A stretch of DNA of 51,750 bases, filler included, from Squatina squatina (lineage: Eukaryota), in NCBI GenBank assembly GCA_031763465.1. It is 3 parts of 3 records of this genome, joined end to end, with 100 filler letters (N's around TTAATTAATTAA, not from the genome) between each part and the next. Parts side by side here need not be neighbours in the genome. Positions count along the whole stretch, not along the records: positions 14,460 to 37,920 come from JARFOE010000001.1; 2 more parts are not named here. One strand, written 5' to 3'. Each line of letters begins with the position of its first letter. Within the stretch, counting starts at the first letter, position 1. Made by a program: the position numbers and the translations under genes. Below, piece after piece: positions 24,366 to 37,269 of this stretch. The notes under the pieces were generated by a model. The model ran no database searches, was not told the DNA's origin, and saw only the letters and a program-made list of their open reading frames with translations.

Positions 24366-26554
24366 GTAAGAAAAGCTGCTTCCAACAATGCATTGTACTA
24401 TGTCTGCCACATACAATGACTATCACACTGCGTTAATAACTTATTGCCAATGGCCCGGAGGCTAGACCATGCCTTTAAGCAGCCCAGCCTTCACCTTGAA
24501 GTGTTCTTTCACTCACATCTGTGCATGCATTCATTCCACAAAAGCTTGGCATTATGCATTTACTCTTGACACCTGGGTTTTACTGCAACTCGTGGAAACA
24601 ATTCTCCTTTTGTGCATTCTTTCTCAGGGAGAAACTTGCCCATAATACCAAATGGAGAGCTGTAGCTGCTGACAGCCAAGTAAACCTCCAACCCCTGCTC
24701 CCGAGAAGCATCAGACTCAGAAAATCCTGAGGAGGGAAGCTATACTGAGTGTCAGAGATGAGGCAAGAGGTGGTAATCTGACAGCTGCAGGTTTGCTTTA
24801 ATTCATATTGTTCCCCAATTAACTATCAGCAAACCATATCATGAAACACTCGTGTCACTTTTTCTACTCTAAGTTACCTGTGAACATCAAGAAAATCATA
24901 GCAAGAACTGACCTTGTAAACATTTCAAACGCACACCACTTAATTGATCACTCTCCATGGACCAGTTTGGAGAGCTGGGCAGGGAGAGCTGCAGGTGGCA
25001 CAGAAGAATGACGTTAACTGGAGTACCAGTTCTCTGCTAACATTAAAAGCATCCAAAAGTTCCTAATTGACCTAATGGGCTACTGTGAACCTTTAAAACT
25101 GGGCTTCATTGCAGGCCACATACTACAGTGTATCTGAAACTCACACAGTTGGAGGCTGTCTCAGAAGGGTGATCTCTTCCCTCTTGGCTTAAACTTTGTC
25201 CTCAGCTAGGTCACTGACCCGATTCCATTATGTGACCAGTTTTGTATCAGTGAGTATCCAAAACCACTAAAAGTGTTGCAGGGTTAAAAACAATTCTGAA
25301 AATGTGCTGCTAAAGCAATTAAGCTAGCATTTTCAATTTGATATCTGCACCCAATAATGTAAACAGCAACATACAAAAGATGCAGTATCTTTAGAATTAG
25401 ATTGTGGTGTATGTAAAATTCGGAACAGAAAATCAATGGACTACATGTGTAAATTTAGGGGGTAATTTTCCAAATTTGCACTGCTAGTGGGGAGCCTTGT
25501 CCCAGTGATAGAAAATATCTGGAAATCACATTCACTATAATTTAAAAAAATAGAAGAATTTGGGCACTAGCTCTTAGCAAATCCTGTACGTCACACCTAA
25601 ACNNNNNNNNNNNNNNNNNNNNNNNNNNNNNNNNNNNNNNNNNNNNNNNNNNNNNNNNNNNNNNNNNNNNNNNNNNNNNNNNNNNNNNNNNNNNNNNNNN
25701 NNCATCTTGAATGCTGTCAAGGTGCACAAGTGGCCTTGGTGTTCACAGAGATCACTGTGAGATTCTGTGTTCACAGAGATTCACTAACCACAGCCTCACG
25801 CTACTTGGAGCTCGCTGCAGGATTTAGGCCTGCATACTTTTTATTAGTATTTAAAGCCGCAAAAAGACTTGCCACCCATTAAAAGCAACATTTTATGCCA
25901 CAGGTTCCCCTAGATCACTATCTATACAACACAGTTTATTTCATCAGTCCCAACACAAGGCTCCATCTTAGAAATGACATCAGATGGTACAACTGCAGTT
26001 CCTCAAAGCATAGATGAGCCAACATCGAGCCACTCTTCATGCTCGCCCCGGCCTACTATTAATATTCGTCATTTTCATTTTAAAAGGTGCAGCTGCAATT
26101 TATTTTACTGTTTATAATTTCGGTGTCAGGAATTTTTTTCTCTCTCCGTAACCTTTAGGGAATCTGGCCAGTAATCCGAATGTAAAAATGTCCATTATGT
26201 AAATGAATTTTAATTAAAAACCATAGTTATGGGGATGCCGTTCTTTAACAGATGAAAAAGACCTATTAGGACTCAGGCCCTTGAGCCCTGGAGTGCAGAA
26301 CAAGCGCCAGCAGGTTTCCTTGCTCTCAGTGCTGGACCACATGAGCCTCTAAATAAAGGATTCACTTCAGGTGCCACAAGTGCACTCATTCAAAATCACA
26401 TTCTGTCTCTGGAAATCACGTGGGACGGTTTCCCTTTCCAGGGAATTTCCATTCTGAAACTGAATGCGCGTACATGCAGTCTTATTCACACAGCACTGAT
26501 ACCGTGTTCCTCTTCTCCCATTCGACCTTTTTTTTTACATGAGCTGAATTGAAT

Positions 26555-26651
26555 GAAGTCTCTCTTCGGCAGTCTCTAGGGTGCGAGGATGACTTGCTTC
26601 CACTCCGGGGTTGTGGGTTCTGAGGTGGTTGAAAAGTCCGATGCGGAATCC
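26555..26651 (-). mobile_element. RTE LINE extreme 3' end
   Basis: GFRIGLFNHLRTH followed by gtcatcctcgcaccctagagactgccgaagaga, homologous to 8850-8930. Confidence 0.85.
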
Positions 26652-27749
26652 NNNNNNNNNNNNNNNNNNNNNNNNNNNNNNNNNNNNNNNNNNNNNNNNN
26701 NNNNNNNNNNNNNNNNNNNNNNNNNNNNNNNNNNNNNNNNNNNNNNNNNNNGACCTGCTGCCAAATTTCCGATTATTTTCCTCTGACCCTAAGTAGCAGC
26801 AGAAGGGAGTTACTGCTGGGGATCTGAGAACAGAGTGAGGTGACTCCTGAAGTGTTGAATCATTGGAACTATCAGCTCTCCACCTGATTTCAGCTCTTTT
26901 ATTTTTGCATTGTTACCTGTTAGGAAAGGGCCAAATAAGAGTTGGACATTTTTTCTGTCATTTATAATTCCTGTTTCTATATCTCTGAAAACAATTCTGA
27001 CAGTCTGTCATCCATCTGACAACTCTCCAGCCACATATGACAGATATCACACAGGCAGGATTACCTCCAGCAATTCCTGCAGCACTCTTGGCAGTAACTG
27101 AAGGAAATGATGGAGGCCTGACAGTCTGTGTTGCACACATGAACATGCAGTATATTTTTTATTCCACTCACAAAAGCAGCATTGCCATCTGTATGAAAGA
27201 TATTTTGAAGATGTTCTCTATAACTTTTTGGCTTTAAAGAACATTTTGTAAGGTAGGGCTTAATAATGGAGCCTTTTAAAGGAAGGTTATTACAGGCAAG
27301 TGAAAGTTTTTTTTCCAAACACTGTGAAAAGCATAGGGATTCAGACTTTCCACTTCAGTGTGCATCCAACCATGCTACTGATGCCAATTTAAGACTTGCG
27401 CCCGCATCACTGTCACACATCCTCATTGCTAGTCATCTTGAATTAAATCTGAACAATTCAGAACTTCGATCATGTGTCACAGAACCAGAGGAGATTCGTC
27501 ATTCAGATGTGCAGCACAGAATTCCTCGTGAGCAACTGTCAGCTCTGGCCTTGTCATATGCTCAATCTAACAGCACAAAGCTCAAAGTAACCATACAATA
27601 ATGGAGCCCATCGCCTTCAGCAGAGCTCGGGTATAAAGGGTTCTAGGAAATAACCTTCACTTCTGCCCTTAGCTAGCCATTCCCAGCAATGACTCCCATT
27701 TCCCCAATCCCATCCAAAGCCAGCTGCAGGGGGATGATAATTAGAGGAA

Positions 27750-28170
27750 CAATGGGTAAAATAGTGGTAGACGGAGTTCAATGTCAATAAATGTGAGTTG
27801 GTAAATTTTGGTTAAAAAAAGTAATAATTATACGGTCAATAGAGGAAAGCTGAGTCATGTAGCAGAACAGTGGGATTTTATGGTTCGGGTTCACAAGACC
27901 TTTAAATGTCCCTCAAGTGAATAAAGTCATAAAAAGATTATGGAATGCTAGATTTTAGAGCTAGAGGTATAAAATATAAAAGATGAGATGTAATTATAAA
28001 TCTATATGAAATCTTAAAAAGGCCACAGTTGGAGCACTGTGTGCAGTTTTGATCTCCACGCTGTAGGACCGGTGCTGAGAAAATCGAGGGGATCTAGCGT
28101 AAATTCACTAGGATGCTACCTGGTATGAAGAAATACAACTACAAAGAAAGACTTGAAACATTGGATTGTC
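27750..28170 (+). mobile_element. Old CR1 ORF2 C-terminal fragment
   Basis: EFNVNKCELVNFG...RPQLEHCVQF*SP...KFTRMLPGMKKYNYKERLETL. Confidence 0.8.
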
Positions 28171-28999
28171 TGGAATGTCTTCTGCATTCCAGACAATCAC
28201 ACTATTATGTTACCCTTTGTCCTTCCCTCTACCCTTNNNNNNNNNNNNNNNNNNNNNNNNNNNNNNNNNNNNNNNNNNNNNNNNNNNNNNNNNNNNNNNN
28301 NNNNNNNNNNNNNNNNNNNNNNNNNNNNNNNNNNNNGTGTGACACTGTGTACATCTGCTGCATTTTGCTTATTGGGAATAATTTCCTCTCAATGAAAATC
28401 AGACCAAGTTAATACAAACAAGCTCATCTTGGACCAACTCAGATTGGTACTTCAGATTTAGCTATGTTAAAGGAAGCTGGGACTGTAATTGATTTATGAC
28501 ACACTGCCTGACTAATCCCAATTGGAAAATCTACCTCTTTATCTCACCAATACTTCTAGAAGTGCTAGACAAATGGCTACTATTATCACCAACTTGTGGC
28601 TTTATGCAGCATTGTGCATGAAGAGCATGCCATAAGCCTGTTGGTGATGTGGTTTGCTTTTCAGTCAAACACAATAGGCAACAAAATAAAGAAAACACAC
28701 TCATCATCAGAAAAGATAACAAGCGTGCAATTTATCTTCAGAATTAAGAACTGAAATAACCTTTTCATTATTTTTTTTAGATGCCTCGTACCATTGTATT
28801 GCAAAGGGATTCACATTACGCTTGGATAAGACTCTGTGGACTTCTGGAACACACGTTACTTAGCATAAGTTGTTATGTATTGACATTGAGGGTTAAGCTN
28901 NNNNNNNNNNNNNNNNNNNNNNNNNNNNNNNNNNNNNNNNNNNNNNNNNNNNNNNNNNNNNNNNNNNNNNNNNNNNNNNNNNNNNNNNNNNNNNNNNNN

Positions 29000-29250
29000 T
29001 ATCCATGCTGCTACTGCCCATTTTATCCCATGGGTTTCAATTTTGCTAACAAACCTAACATATGGTGCTTTATCAAACACCTTTTGAAAGTCCATATACA
29101 CAACATCAACTACACTGCCCTCATCCACCCTCTCCGTTACCTCATCAAAAACTCAATCAGGTTAGTCAAACACGATTTGTCCTTCACTTTTAATTTTCTC
29201 CTAGTTTATTGTTTCTAAAAGCTCCCCCACCACCGACGTTAAACTGACTG
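29000..29250 (-). mobile_element. CR1 RT fragment
   Basis: KSCLTNLIEFFDEVT.RMDEGSVVDVVYMDFQKVFDKAPY.RFVSKIETHGIK. Confidence 0.9.
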
Positions 29251-31477
29251 GCCAGTTTACAAAAGTTGGCTGATACTTGTCACTCTTAATCCATATAGGT
29301 GATACTGGACACTATGGAGTGCCTAAACCACAAACTATGGATCCCACCATTGTGATTGTAGATAACAGTGAGCTAAAGGTGCTGAATATCCCATTCCCAT
29401 CAGAGACCATCTCCTCTGACAAAAAGAATGCCTTAACTTGTTGAGAAGAAAAATCACAGCAAACCAGCAAAAGGAGCAGCTGCTACCAGGAACCAATTCA
29501 GATGGACGTATGTGTTGTGGTTAGAAAAATCCTTGAAAAAACAAGACCAGATGAACCATCATATTCAGGGGTTTGTAAGGACTTGTCTGTGTGTGTGTCC
29601 TTTGGTAATTGGACCCCTAGATTTATAGTTAAATGAGTCAAACACAAGTAGAGCTTTTAATTAAAAAGAATCTCTTCAGTTTATTTTGATTGGTACAAAC
29701 AAATAAACGGTCTGCTTACAAATGACAAGCATTGTATAGTTAATCAATCCATCAGCATGCAGTCTAATATCTACGTATACTCACTTTAAGAATCTCNNNN
29801 NNNNNNNNNNNNNNNNNNNNNNNNNNNNNNNNNNNNNNNNNNNNNNNNNNNNNNNNNNNNNNNNNNNNNNNNNNNNNNNNNNNNNNNNNNNNNNNNCATT
29901 CAGCCTGAGCCAGTGTTTATGCTCCAGATGAACCTCCTCCCAACCCTATCAACATATTCTTCTATTCCTTTCTTCCTCATGCACTCATCTATTAAGATTT
30001 TAGAAATGGGGCCAATGACCTGTGCATAACATTAAATAAATTACATGGGGCTTTAACTTTTGTAATTATCATGGTTTGTGATTGCAGGCTTGATTTTCAA
30101 AATGGCAGTGATGCTGGGAACTATTCTTGTGCCTTTGGCACAAACCCAAAATCGGAAGGCTGGTTTGAAGTACAAAGTGAGTTTAATATCTACGGTATCA
30201 GAAAGGTTCCCAATATTTGCAAATACTCACTTTCAATGCCTAACCTGGGGTGTTCAAGCTTATGGCTTCCTGGGCCACATGGATGTGTACCATGGCACCT
30301 TAGGGGCCATGTATAAATTTTAAATCCATGTTCAGATTAATTTGCCTTAATCACAAGTTGCAAACACTAACAGATCTTGGTGTACTCATTTAATATTTAT
30401 ATACCAATGAGGCAACTGTGTTAACAGCAAGCCTTTTGAAACCTTTGGACCCACAGAATTTACAGTACAAATCAGCATTTAAGAATAAGCACAATAGGTC
30501 TGAGTTGCCTGAGCTTCAGGACTGAGTTGCCAATGCTCAGAGACTCCACATGGCCCAGATGCTGCAGGTTGGACAGCCTGAGCTAAAGTAAATTTATTTT
30601 GGCAGTGGAAATGCATAGCAATTAAACATGTAACTTGTTTGTAACATGCTGCACCACAAATGCATATCAAACATACACTGATCACATTTTGGGGCTATAG
30701 CNNNNNNNNNNNNNNNNNNNNNNNNNNNNNNNNNNNNNNNNNNNNNNNNNNNNNNNNNNNNNNNNNNNNNNNNNNNNNNNNNNNNNNNNNNNNNNNNNNN
30801 NTATAACATCTCCTACTGTTCTAGATTTGTCAAGTTATTTACAAATACAAATATAAGTCTCAAGTATAATATTATTTTGTATTATTAATTTTGTTCTATA
30901 ACAGCAAACAACCCCCCCCACCCCGGGCAGTTTATCTCAAGCTTTTGACTGAAGGGTGAACCATTTGAGAAAGAAATGTGTGAATGCAGCTCACAGTTCT
31001 AACCCCCACTGACGTGACTGATTAAGTCATTACACACTTTTGGAGCCATTGTTAGACACACATATAAAGATACTTTGCTTTCATAGGTTACGGTCATATT
31101 GCAAGCCTTTTTATTTCTATTGCATCCTCTGGAAATAGGCAGTGTAACCAGTAGCCTTTGTTGTCTTCCTACTATTATAACATATTACTTTGTATGCTTA
31201 AATAGTTGTTGACAATTTTTTGCCTCAAATTTCTCCTTCTTAAAAACCTGTCCTGTCAACTGCATTTGGTCTTTTCCCTCCTCCCTCCCCCTAGTTAGTG
31301 TCTCTTATCCTTATTGGCGTCCTCTTTCCATTGTTCAGTGCCTATATAAGGAGCACTGTTGTTTACTCTTCGACTGANNNNNNNNNNNNNNNNNNNNNNN
31401 NNNNNNNNNNNNNNNNNNNNNNNNNNNNNNNNNNNNNNNNNNNNNNNNNNNNNNNNNNNNNNNNNNNNNNNNNNNNN

Positions 31478-31560
31478 GCAGAGGTGCGGGAAATGGACCG
31501 GACACGGTCGAGGGCCATGTCCACCACGGTAGAGGGGAATCCTCGGTTGAGGAAGGATAA
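31478..31560 (-). mobile_element. Penelope-like retroelement ORF fragment
   Basis: LSFLNRGFPSTVVDMALDRVRSISRTSA, the RG(Y/F)P segment between the RT and GIY-YIG domains. Confidence 0.7.
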
Positions 31561-32694
31561 AGGAGCTTGATCAAGTCATCAGCCATGATGAATTTTAAAG
31601 GGAACAAAGAGAAATGTGCATCTTATAGTAGAGTGTGAAAGCCAGGTGGGCCCATTTGCTTTATAACCATAGCCTCTTACTTACATTGCCTATAAATGAG
31701 ATTACCAGGTAGCTGGGTTCAGTTAACAGATTTATGTTGCCTAAGGCATAAGGGTTTGTCGATTGTGTCAATTATTTAATATGCTAAATTATTTATGTCA
31801 TGTATATATTTTAAATGCTGGAGGTAGTTACCCTTATTACATTTCCTTGGGTAATAGATATTCTATTGCTGATGATGATGATGATTTTTATCTCCTTCAG
31901 TGGAGCAGTTAACCAGAATCTAAGGTGACTCACTGCTGCCTTCTGTGAGGGGGAGGCCTACTGTGCAAGTGAACAGTTAAAATGTGAACAAAGATATATG
32001 ATCAGATATGATGCACATCTACATGACATCATTCAGAAAAGAAAAGAGAATGAGGTAGTACAGTGCTATTGATCCTATTCTGTTTTGTTTTGAACCAAAT
32101 TGATCCACTACTCTAATTATGAAATGTCTATAAAGTTGACCTGGAGTTGAATGTCCTCAGGAGAAAACGGTGACTCACTTATTGCAATAAAAATCCATTT
32201 CATAGATTCTGGTTACAATATTCGGAAAGCAAAGCCAAGTAGAATGTCACAGTTTAATGCCATTTCAGCATGTCTGAATATAACAGATTAGCATTTTTTC
32301 TCCATACAAGAGCAAACCTGATCAATGTCATAAACAACATAAGTATATTAGAGCTGCCTGCTGTGGCGAGCACAAAAGTCACATTGATAACCCTACATAA
32401 CCCAGCAAAAGAAACTACATTTCTCCACTGAAGACTTTGGTTTGGAAAAAATATTTAAAACTTTGATTATATTAAAAATGTATGTCCCTGTAACCTGTAA
32501 TAACTGAACAAAGGCCAGAATTTTAACTTGGAGGCTGTTAGGGAGCAAGGGGGGATGGAAACCAGTCAGGAAGCCCAGGAGAATGGATTTCCTTNNNNNN
32601 NNNNNNNNNNNNNNNNNNNNNNNNNNNNNNNNNNNNNNNNNNNNNNNNNNNNNNNNNNNNNNNNNNNNNNNNNNNNNNNNNNNNNNNNNNNNNN

Positions 32695-33100
32695 CGGACG
32701 TCCCAAAGCACTTTACAGCCAAGAAGTACGTTTGGAGTATAGTCACTGCTTGTACTGTGGGAAACATAGCAGCTAATTGGCACACAGCAAGCTCCCACAA
32801 ACAGCCATGTTTTAACAACCAAATAATTTGTTTTAATGCTGTTGGTTGTAGGATAAATATTGGCCAGGACACCAGGGATAACTCCATTGCTCTTCTTTGA
32901 AGTAGTGCCATGGAATCTTTTATATCCACCTGGGAGAGCAGACAGGGGCTCAGTTTAACATCTTACCTGAAAGGCAGCACTCCCTTAATACTGTTTTGGA
33001 GTGTCAGTGTTGATTTTTAGTGTTTGAGTCTCTGGTGTGGGACATGAACCTACAATCACATGATCTAGAGAAGAGCATGCTACCAACTGAGCCACAGCTG
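32695..33100 (-). mobile_element. SacSINE1-like Deu-SINE, near full length
   Basis: ggacgtcccaaagcactttacagcc...cacagcaagctcccacaaacag...ggataaatattggccaggacacc...ctaccaactgagccac. Confidence 0.9.
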
Positions 33101-34419
33101 ATACTTAAGCACGTTATATAAATCATATTTGCATTAATTGGAGATTAGCACAGAATTGCCTGTATTTATAAGGTTTATAATATACACCAACTTATTTTAT
33201 TGTACTATTAAAATATTGTGGAATCAGATCCCTAATTTCTGAATATGAAAGGGCATAAACTCTTGCATTTTTATCTTGATCCCTGAATGTAATAATTTAG
33301 CGATCTAATAACCTAGTACACAATTAACAAGTACAAACACAAAAAATTCAATGTACTTTTGCTGTTGATATCTTATTGTTTAGTGTCCCATAAATCTACA
33401 GCTTCTGTTATAAAGTCAAGGTCAGTTATGTACATTCATGAGCATACATGTAAGCGAGGTCATCTAAGAATTTACAAAACAACGGAAGCTTACCTGCTGA
33501 AAGAAGTAAATGATTTATGAGCAGATGCCATGTAAAATCTGAGGTCAATCTCGAAAAGCTAAATATTATAATCAGATTGCTTGCAATATACAGATGATTT
33601 AATCCATTTTAGGCAGACCTGATAACAGCAAAAATTACATAATGATGCAATTTAATGATATTGCAAAACTATATTTGCTACACAAAGTAATGGAGAAAAA
33701 CCTTCCTTAAAAATATTAGTATGTGCCCTAGATAAAGGATTATTCCACAAGGCTTGTGAACACTACCATTGCAGCAAGTGTCTCAATCTATTTAGTTTTT
33801 CAGTGACTTCTATTCAAACTTTGATTTGTCTGCCCTTTACCCATAATCTCTTATACGTCTTCTACCGGAGCAGTCCTTCAACATATAGTTTTAGAATCAT
33901 ATCAGTTCTGCCACCAAATTATAAAAGGCTTGTGACTGCAGTAAATTGGCGTTCTACCGCACTATCAAGAGTTTACTTGATTTACATGAATTGTTGCAAC
34001 TAACCTGTAAAATGATTGAGAGTGACAGAATTCATGTTGTGATGATACAGATTAAATCCAGTCCTAAATTCAAAATGTACTATTTTGATTTAATGATTCA
34101 ATAATCACATTTATCCGCAATTGAATCATTACAGGCTTATAAACATGTGGCACAGATATGTGCAAGAATGTGTATGAATGTTAACAAACAAGTTAAAACC
34201 GAATTGGTGAATTGTTTTATACAAGTTTTCTGATTGGGTAAATAGTAATAGTAATTAATAGGGGTAGTATTAGAAATAGCTTCCCCTGGCTGCTTAGGTG
34301 GTGACAAGACAGCACAAATTTAAGATAATTACAAAAAGAAATGAAGAGGAGATTAGAAAACAGTTTTTGGTAACAGAAAATATATAAAATGTAGAATACC
34401 TTTACACAAACCAATGCAC

Positions 34420-34570
34420 AGCAAAGTCCATAAATTTGTTTAAAAGGGAATTAGATAGTTGGTTGAGAAAATCAATATGAATGGGATTGCGCAGCCAGCA
34501 GAAGTGTGGAAGGAGACTTGGTAGCTCATTTGGAAGTAGACACCAGCGCAGACTTAATGGCCTGTTTCTA
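34420..34570 (+). mobile_element. Decayed CR1 3' UTR
   Basis: gtttaaaagggaattagatagttggttgag...gtagctc...gacaccagcgcagacttaatggcctgtttct. Confidence 0.55.
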
Positions 34571-34975
34571 TCAGGCCTATTACCACCCAATTTTCAGGCA
34601 TCAATCAGGTGGCAGGATGTTTTAATTCTGGAAGCCCTGCTATAACAGAGGTGTGTGAGATTTGCACCCAACGCGTTTCTGGTGGACAGGACCTGCGGCA
34701 CTTGAAACTTCAAACAGGAAATATGCTTTGCTTTAGTGTTGATTTGGAACATGTCGGCCCAGTTTCCACAGATCTAGCGTGCAGNNNNNNNNNNNNNNNN
34801 NNNNNNNNNNNNNNNNNNNNNNNNNNNNNNNNNNNNNNNNNNNNNNNNNNNNNNNNNNNNNNNNNNNNNNNNNNNNNNNNNNNNGACATATAAAATTGTA
34901 ACTTTAAATTATATTTTTCTATTGTCTACTTATTACCGGAGGCAATTTTCTAACTTCCTTGTGCAAAAAATTTAA

Positions 34976-35184
34976 GGGCAGATTCTATGCATTTATGCTC
35001 CGGCGTGGAGCTTCTGTGCCAAAAGCACATATCGGGAGTTCAGAAGTGAAGGTCAGAAGGCATTGCAGGGTTTTCTGGCCATTAAAATAATGGATGGAAA
35101 ATCCTGCATGGTCTGCTGACCTCAATACTTAAATTCCTGAAATACGATCCTGGTGTGCAAAACTCAAATTTGTAAAATCTACCC
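34976..35184. mobile_element. Palindromic Tourist/Harbinger-type MITE with TAA target-site duplication
   Basis: TAA|GGGCAGATTCTA ... TAAAATCTACCC|TAA. Inner arms ggtcagaaggcattgcagggttttctggccatt and aatggatggaaaatcctgcatggtctgctgacc pair around a 5-nt loop. Confidence 0.75.
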
Positions 35185-36943
35185 TAAAGATTTCTAATAG
35201 TTTGGATAAATATGAGTGCACCCGCTGGTTAGGTTTTGTCTACTTATGTCGAAAGTCTACCTAAAAGTAACAAATATACATCAATACAGTCTTTTCTTAT
35301 AGCAATTCCGTAAATGATTGGGTTGGGTTATTTGACCTCACTGCTCACGCCAATGGATACAGATACCCCAGTCAGCATCTGACATCATGTTATACGACTA
35401 TCCATTAATGCTGATGATTAGATAAACCTGAACCAGACACTAAGCTACTCTTTCACACTGACAGGCTGTGATACATTACAGCTTGGATGCTAGTATTTGC
35501 CTTTGCACTGCAGTACAAAGCCTTCAGTAATTGATTGCTCTTTAACCTTAGTGAAAGGCAATTCACACCTATTTAATGCATATTAAACCCAAGCTTGGCA
35601 TCACCTAGCACTACTTCTTGATTTACCTCATCTTCTGTCCTACTCTTTTCACCCTTGGCATGTTCTGCAATATCAGCCTTGGCCTCACACCTGGGTTTCC
35701 CTATTATGAAATAAACATAGAAGATTTGGATTTGTAAAAATGTCACTATAAAATACATGTGTTTGTATATGTTTCACACATAATCTTCAGACGCATCTAC
35801 TAATAAGGGATACCCTGTTAAAGAGTGCATTTTTCATCTGCTCAACAAACATCTGGGTTAAAGTTTCGCCNNNNNNNNNNNNNNNNNNNNNNNNNNNNNN
35901 NNNNNNNNNNNNNNNNNNNNNNNNNNNNNNNNNNNNNNNNNNNNNNNNNNNNNNNNNNNNNNNNNNNNNNTGAGAATCAAACTCACTGCTCCATGAAAAT
36001 ATATTCTAAGTGTTTTACCCCAAAGTTTTAATACCTAAATTTAGAAATAGAAAAATCTAGATGCAATCGGAATCTATTGTGAAGCAAATCCGCCACTTTA
36101 ATCGGCGTCCTGGGCTTTAAGACAATGGTTGGGAGTAGATAATACTTCGTCATATAAAACACATTTGTTGTACATTTCTTGTTCCTTTTTTCATGGTAGA
36201 AGTACTTAGAATTTATTCGAAGGGGAAGAATTCGTGCAGCACAGTTGATGCCGTCCCATTTCCTTCAGCACGTGCCTCGATTTTACTTCACTCCTTTCAA
36301 TGTCTAAATGTACTTCTACAGGGCAATCATCTTCACCGAACAACACGAGCATGCAACTACTAAAGCAAATTATTTACATTTTCCTCGAATTCACAGCATG
36401 GAATTACTTTCGGCTGTTATATTTTTCAAGTGTATAAAAAGATTTCCCCAGTGCTGGACCCTTGATACAGATGGACAAGTTCCTAGGCGGTGTACGCGAA
36501 TCCAGTTGCGAAAAACATCAGATCTGAAGGTCGCTGTTTAATCTTGACATCAAACCAGCTCAAGTAACTCAAATTGACAACTAGTATTTAAAGTAGCTTA
36601 AAATAGGCAACCGTGAGATATCTGTGAGGACATTCATAAGACTACAGCTAAAAGTAAAGATCGTTCAGATTATAGCAATTACCATATCGCGGATGCTGCC
36701 TATGTTTATTCCACAGCTCGCGATTGGATGTGTCGAAATAAATAACTCAAATTGGTGACGAACACGTTTGACAAAATAATCCTTCGATTTGATATCAAGT
36801 AAAGCAACCTTATACCTTATTCAATCAGGCGGGTTGGCTAACCNNNNNNNNNNNNNNNNNNNNNNNNNNNNNNNNNNNNNNNNNNNNNNNNNNNNNNNNN
36901 NNNNNNNNNNNNNNNNNNNNNNNNNNNNNNNNNNNNNNNNNNN

Positions 36944-37040
36944 AAACAGAAAATGCTGGAAATACTCAGCACGTCAGGCAGCATCTGTGGAAGAGAGGAA
37001 CAGAGTTAACGTTTCAGGTCGATGACCTTTCCTCAGAATT
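36944..37040 (-). mobile_element. Penelope terminal-repeat fragment
   Basis: aaacagaaaatgctggaaatactcagcacgtcaggcagcatctgtgg...gttaacgtttcaggtcgatgacc. A related segment occurs at 50001-50060. Confidence 0.7.
37001..37040 (-). ncRNA. Minimal hammerhead ribozyme motif (Penelope type)
   Basis: The minus strand reads aatt-CUGAGGA-A-AGGUC-auc-GACCU-GAAA-CGUU-aacucug: CUGANGA and GAAA cores, a 5-bp stem II and a palindromic AACGUU in place of stem III. Confidence 0.65.
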
Positions 37041-37115
37041 GTTCTTAATGTTCCTCTCATTGATGCAACATTTACTGCATTACTTTAAGCCCCTTTTCAA
37101 AGTGATGGGTAAATT

Positions 37116-37195
37116 AGAAAGAAAGACTTGCATTTATATAGCGCCTTTCCCGACCACTGGACGTCCCAAAAGCGCTTTACTGCCCATGAAGTACA
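37116..37195 (-). mobile_element. SacSINE1-like 3' end
   Basis: gaaagaaagacttgcatttatatagcgcctttcccgaccactggacgtcccaaaagcgctttac. Confidence 0.85.
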
Positions 37196-37269
37196 TTTAT
37201 ATTTAGATTTTTAAAAAACTGCTACAACATTTCAATTTTGATGTCTTATTTTACAAAACAAAAAGGTAT

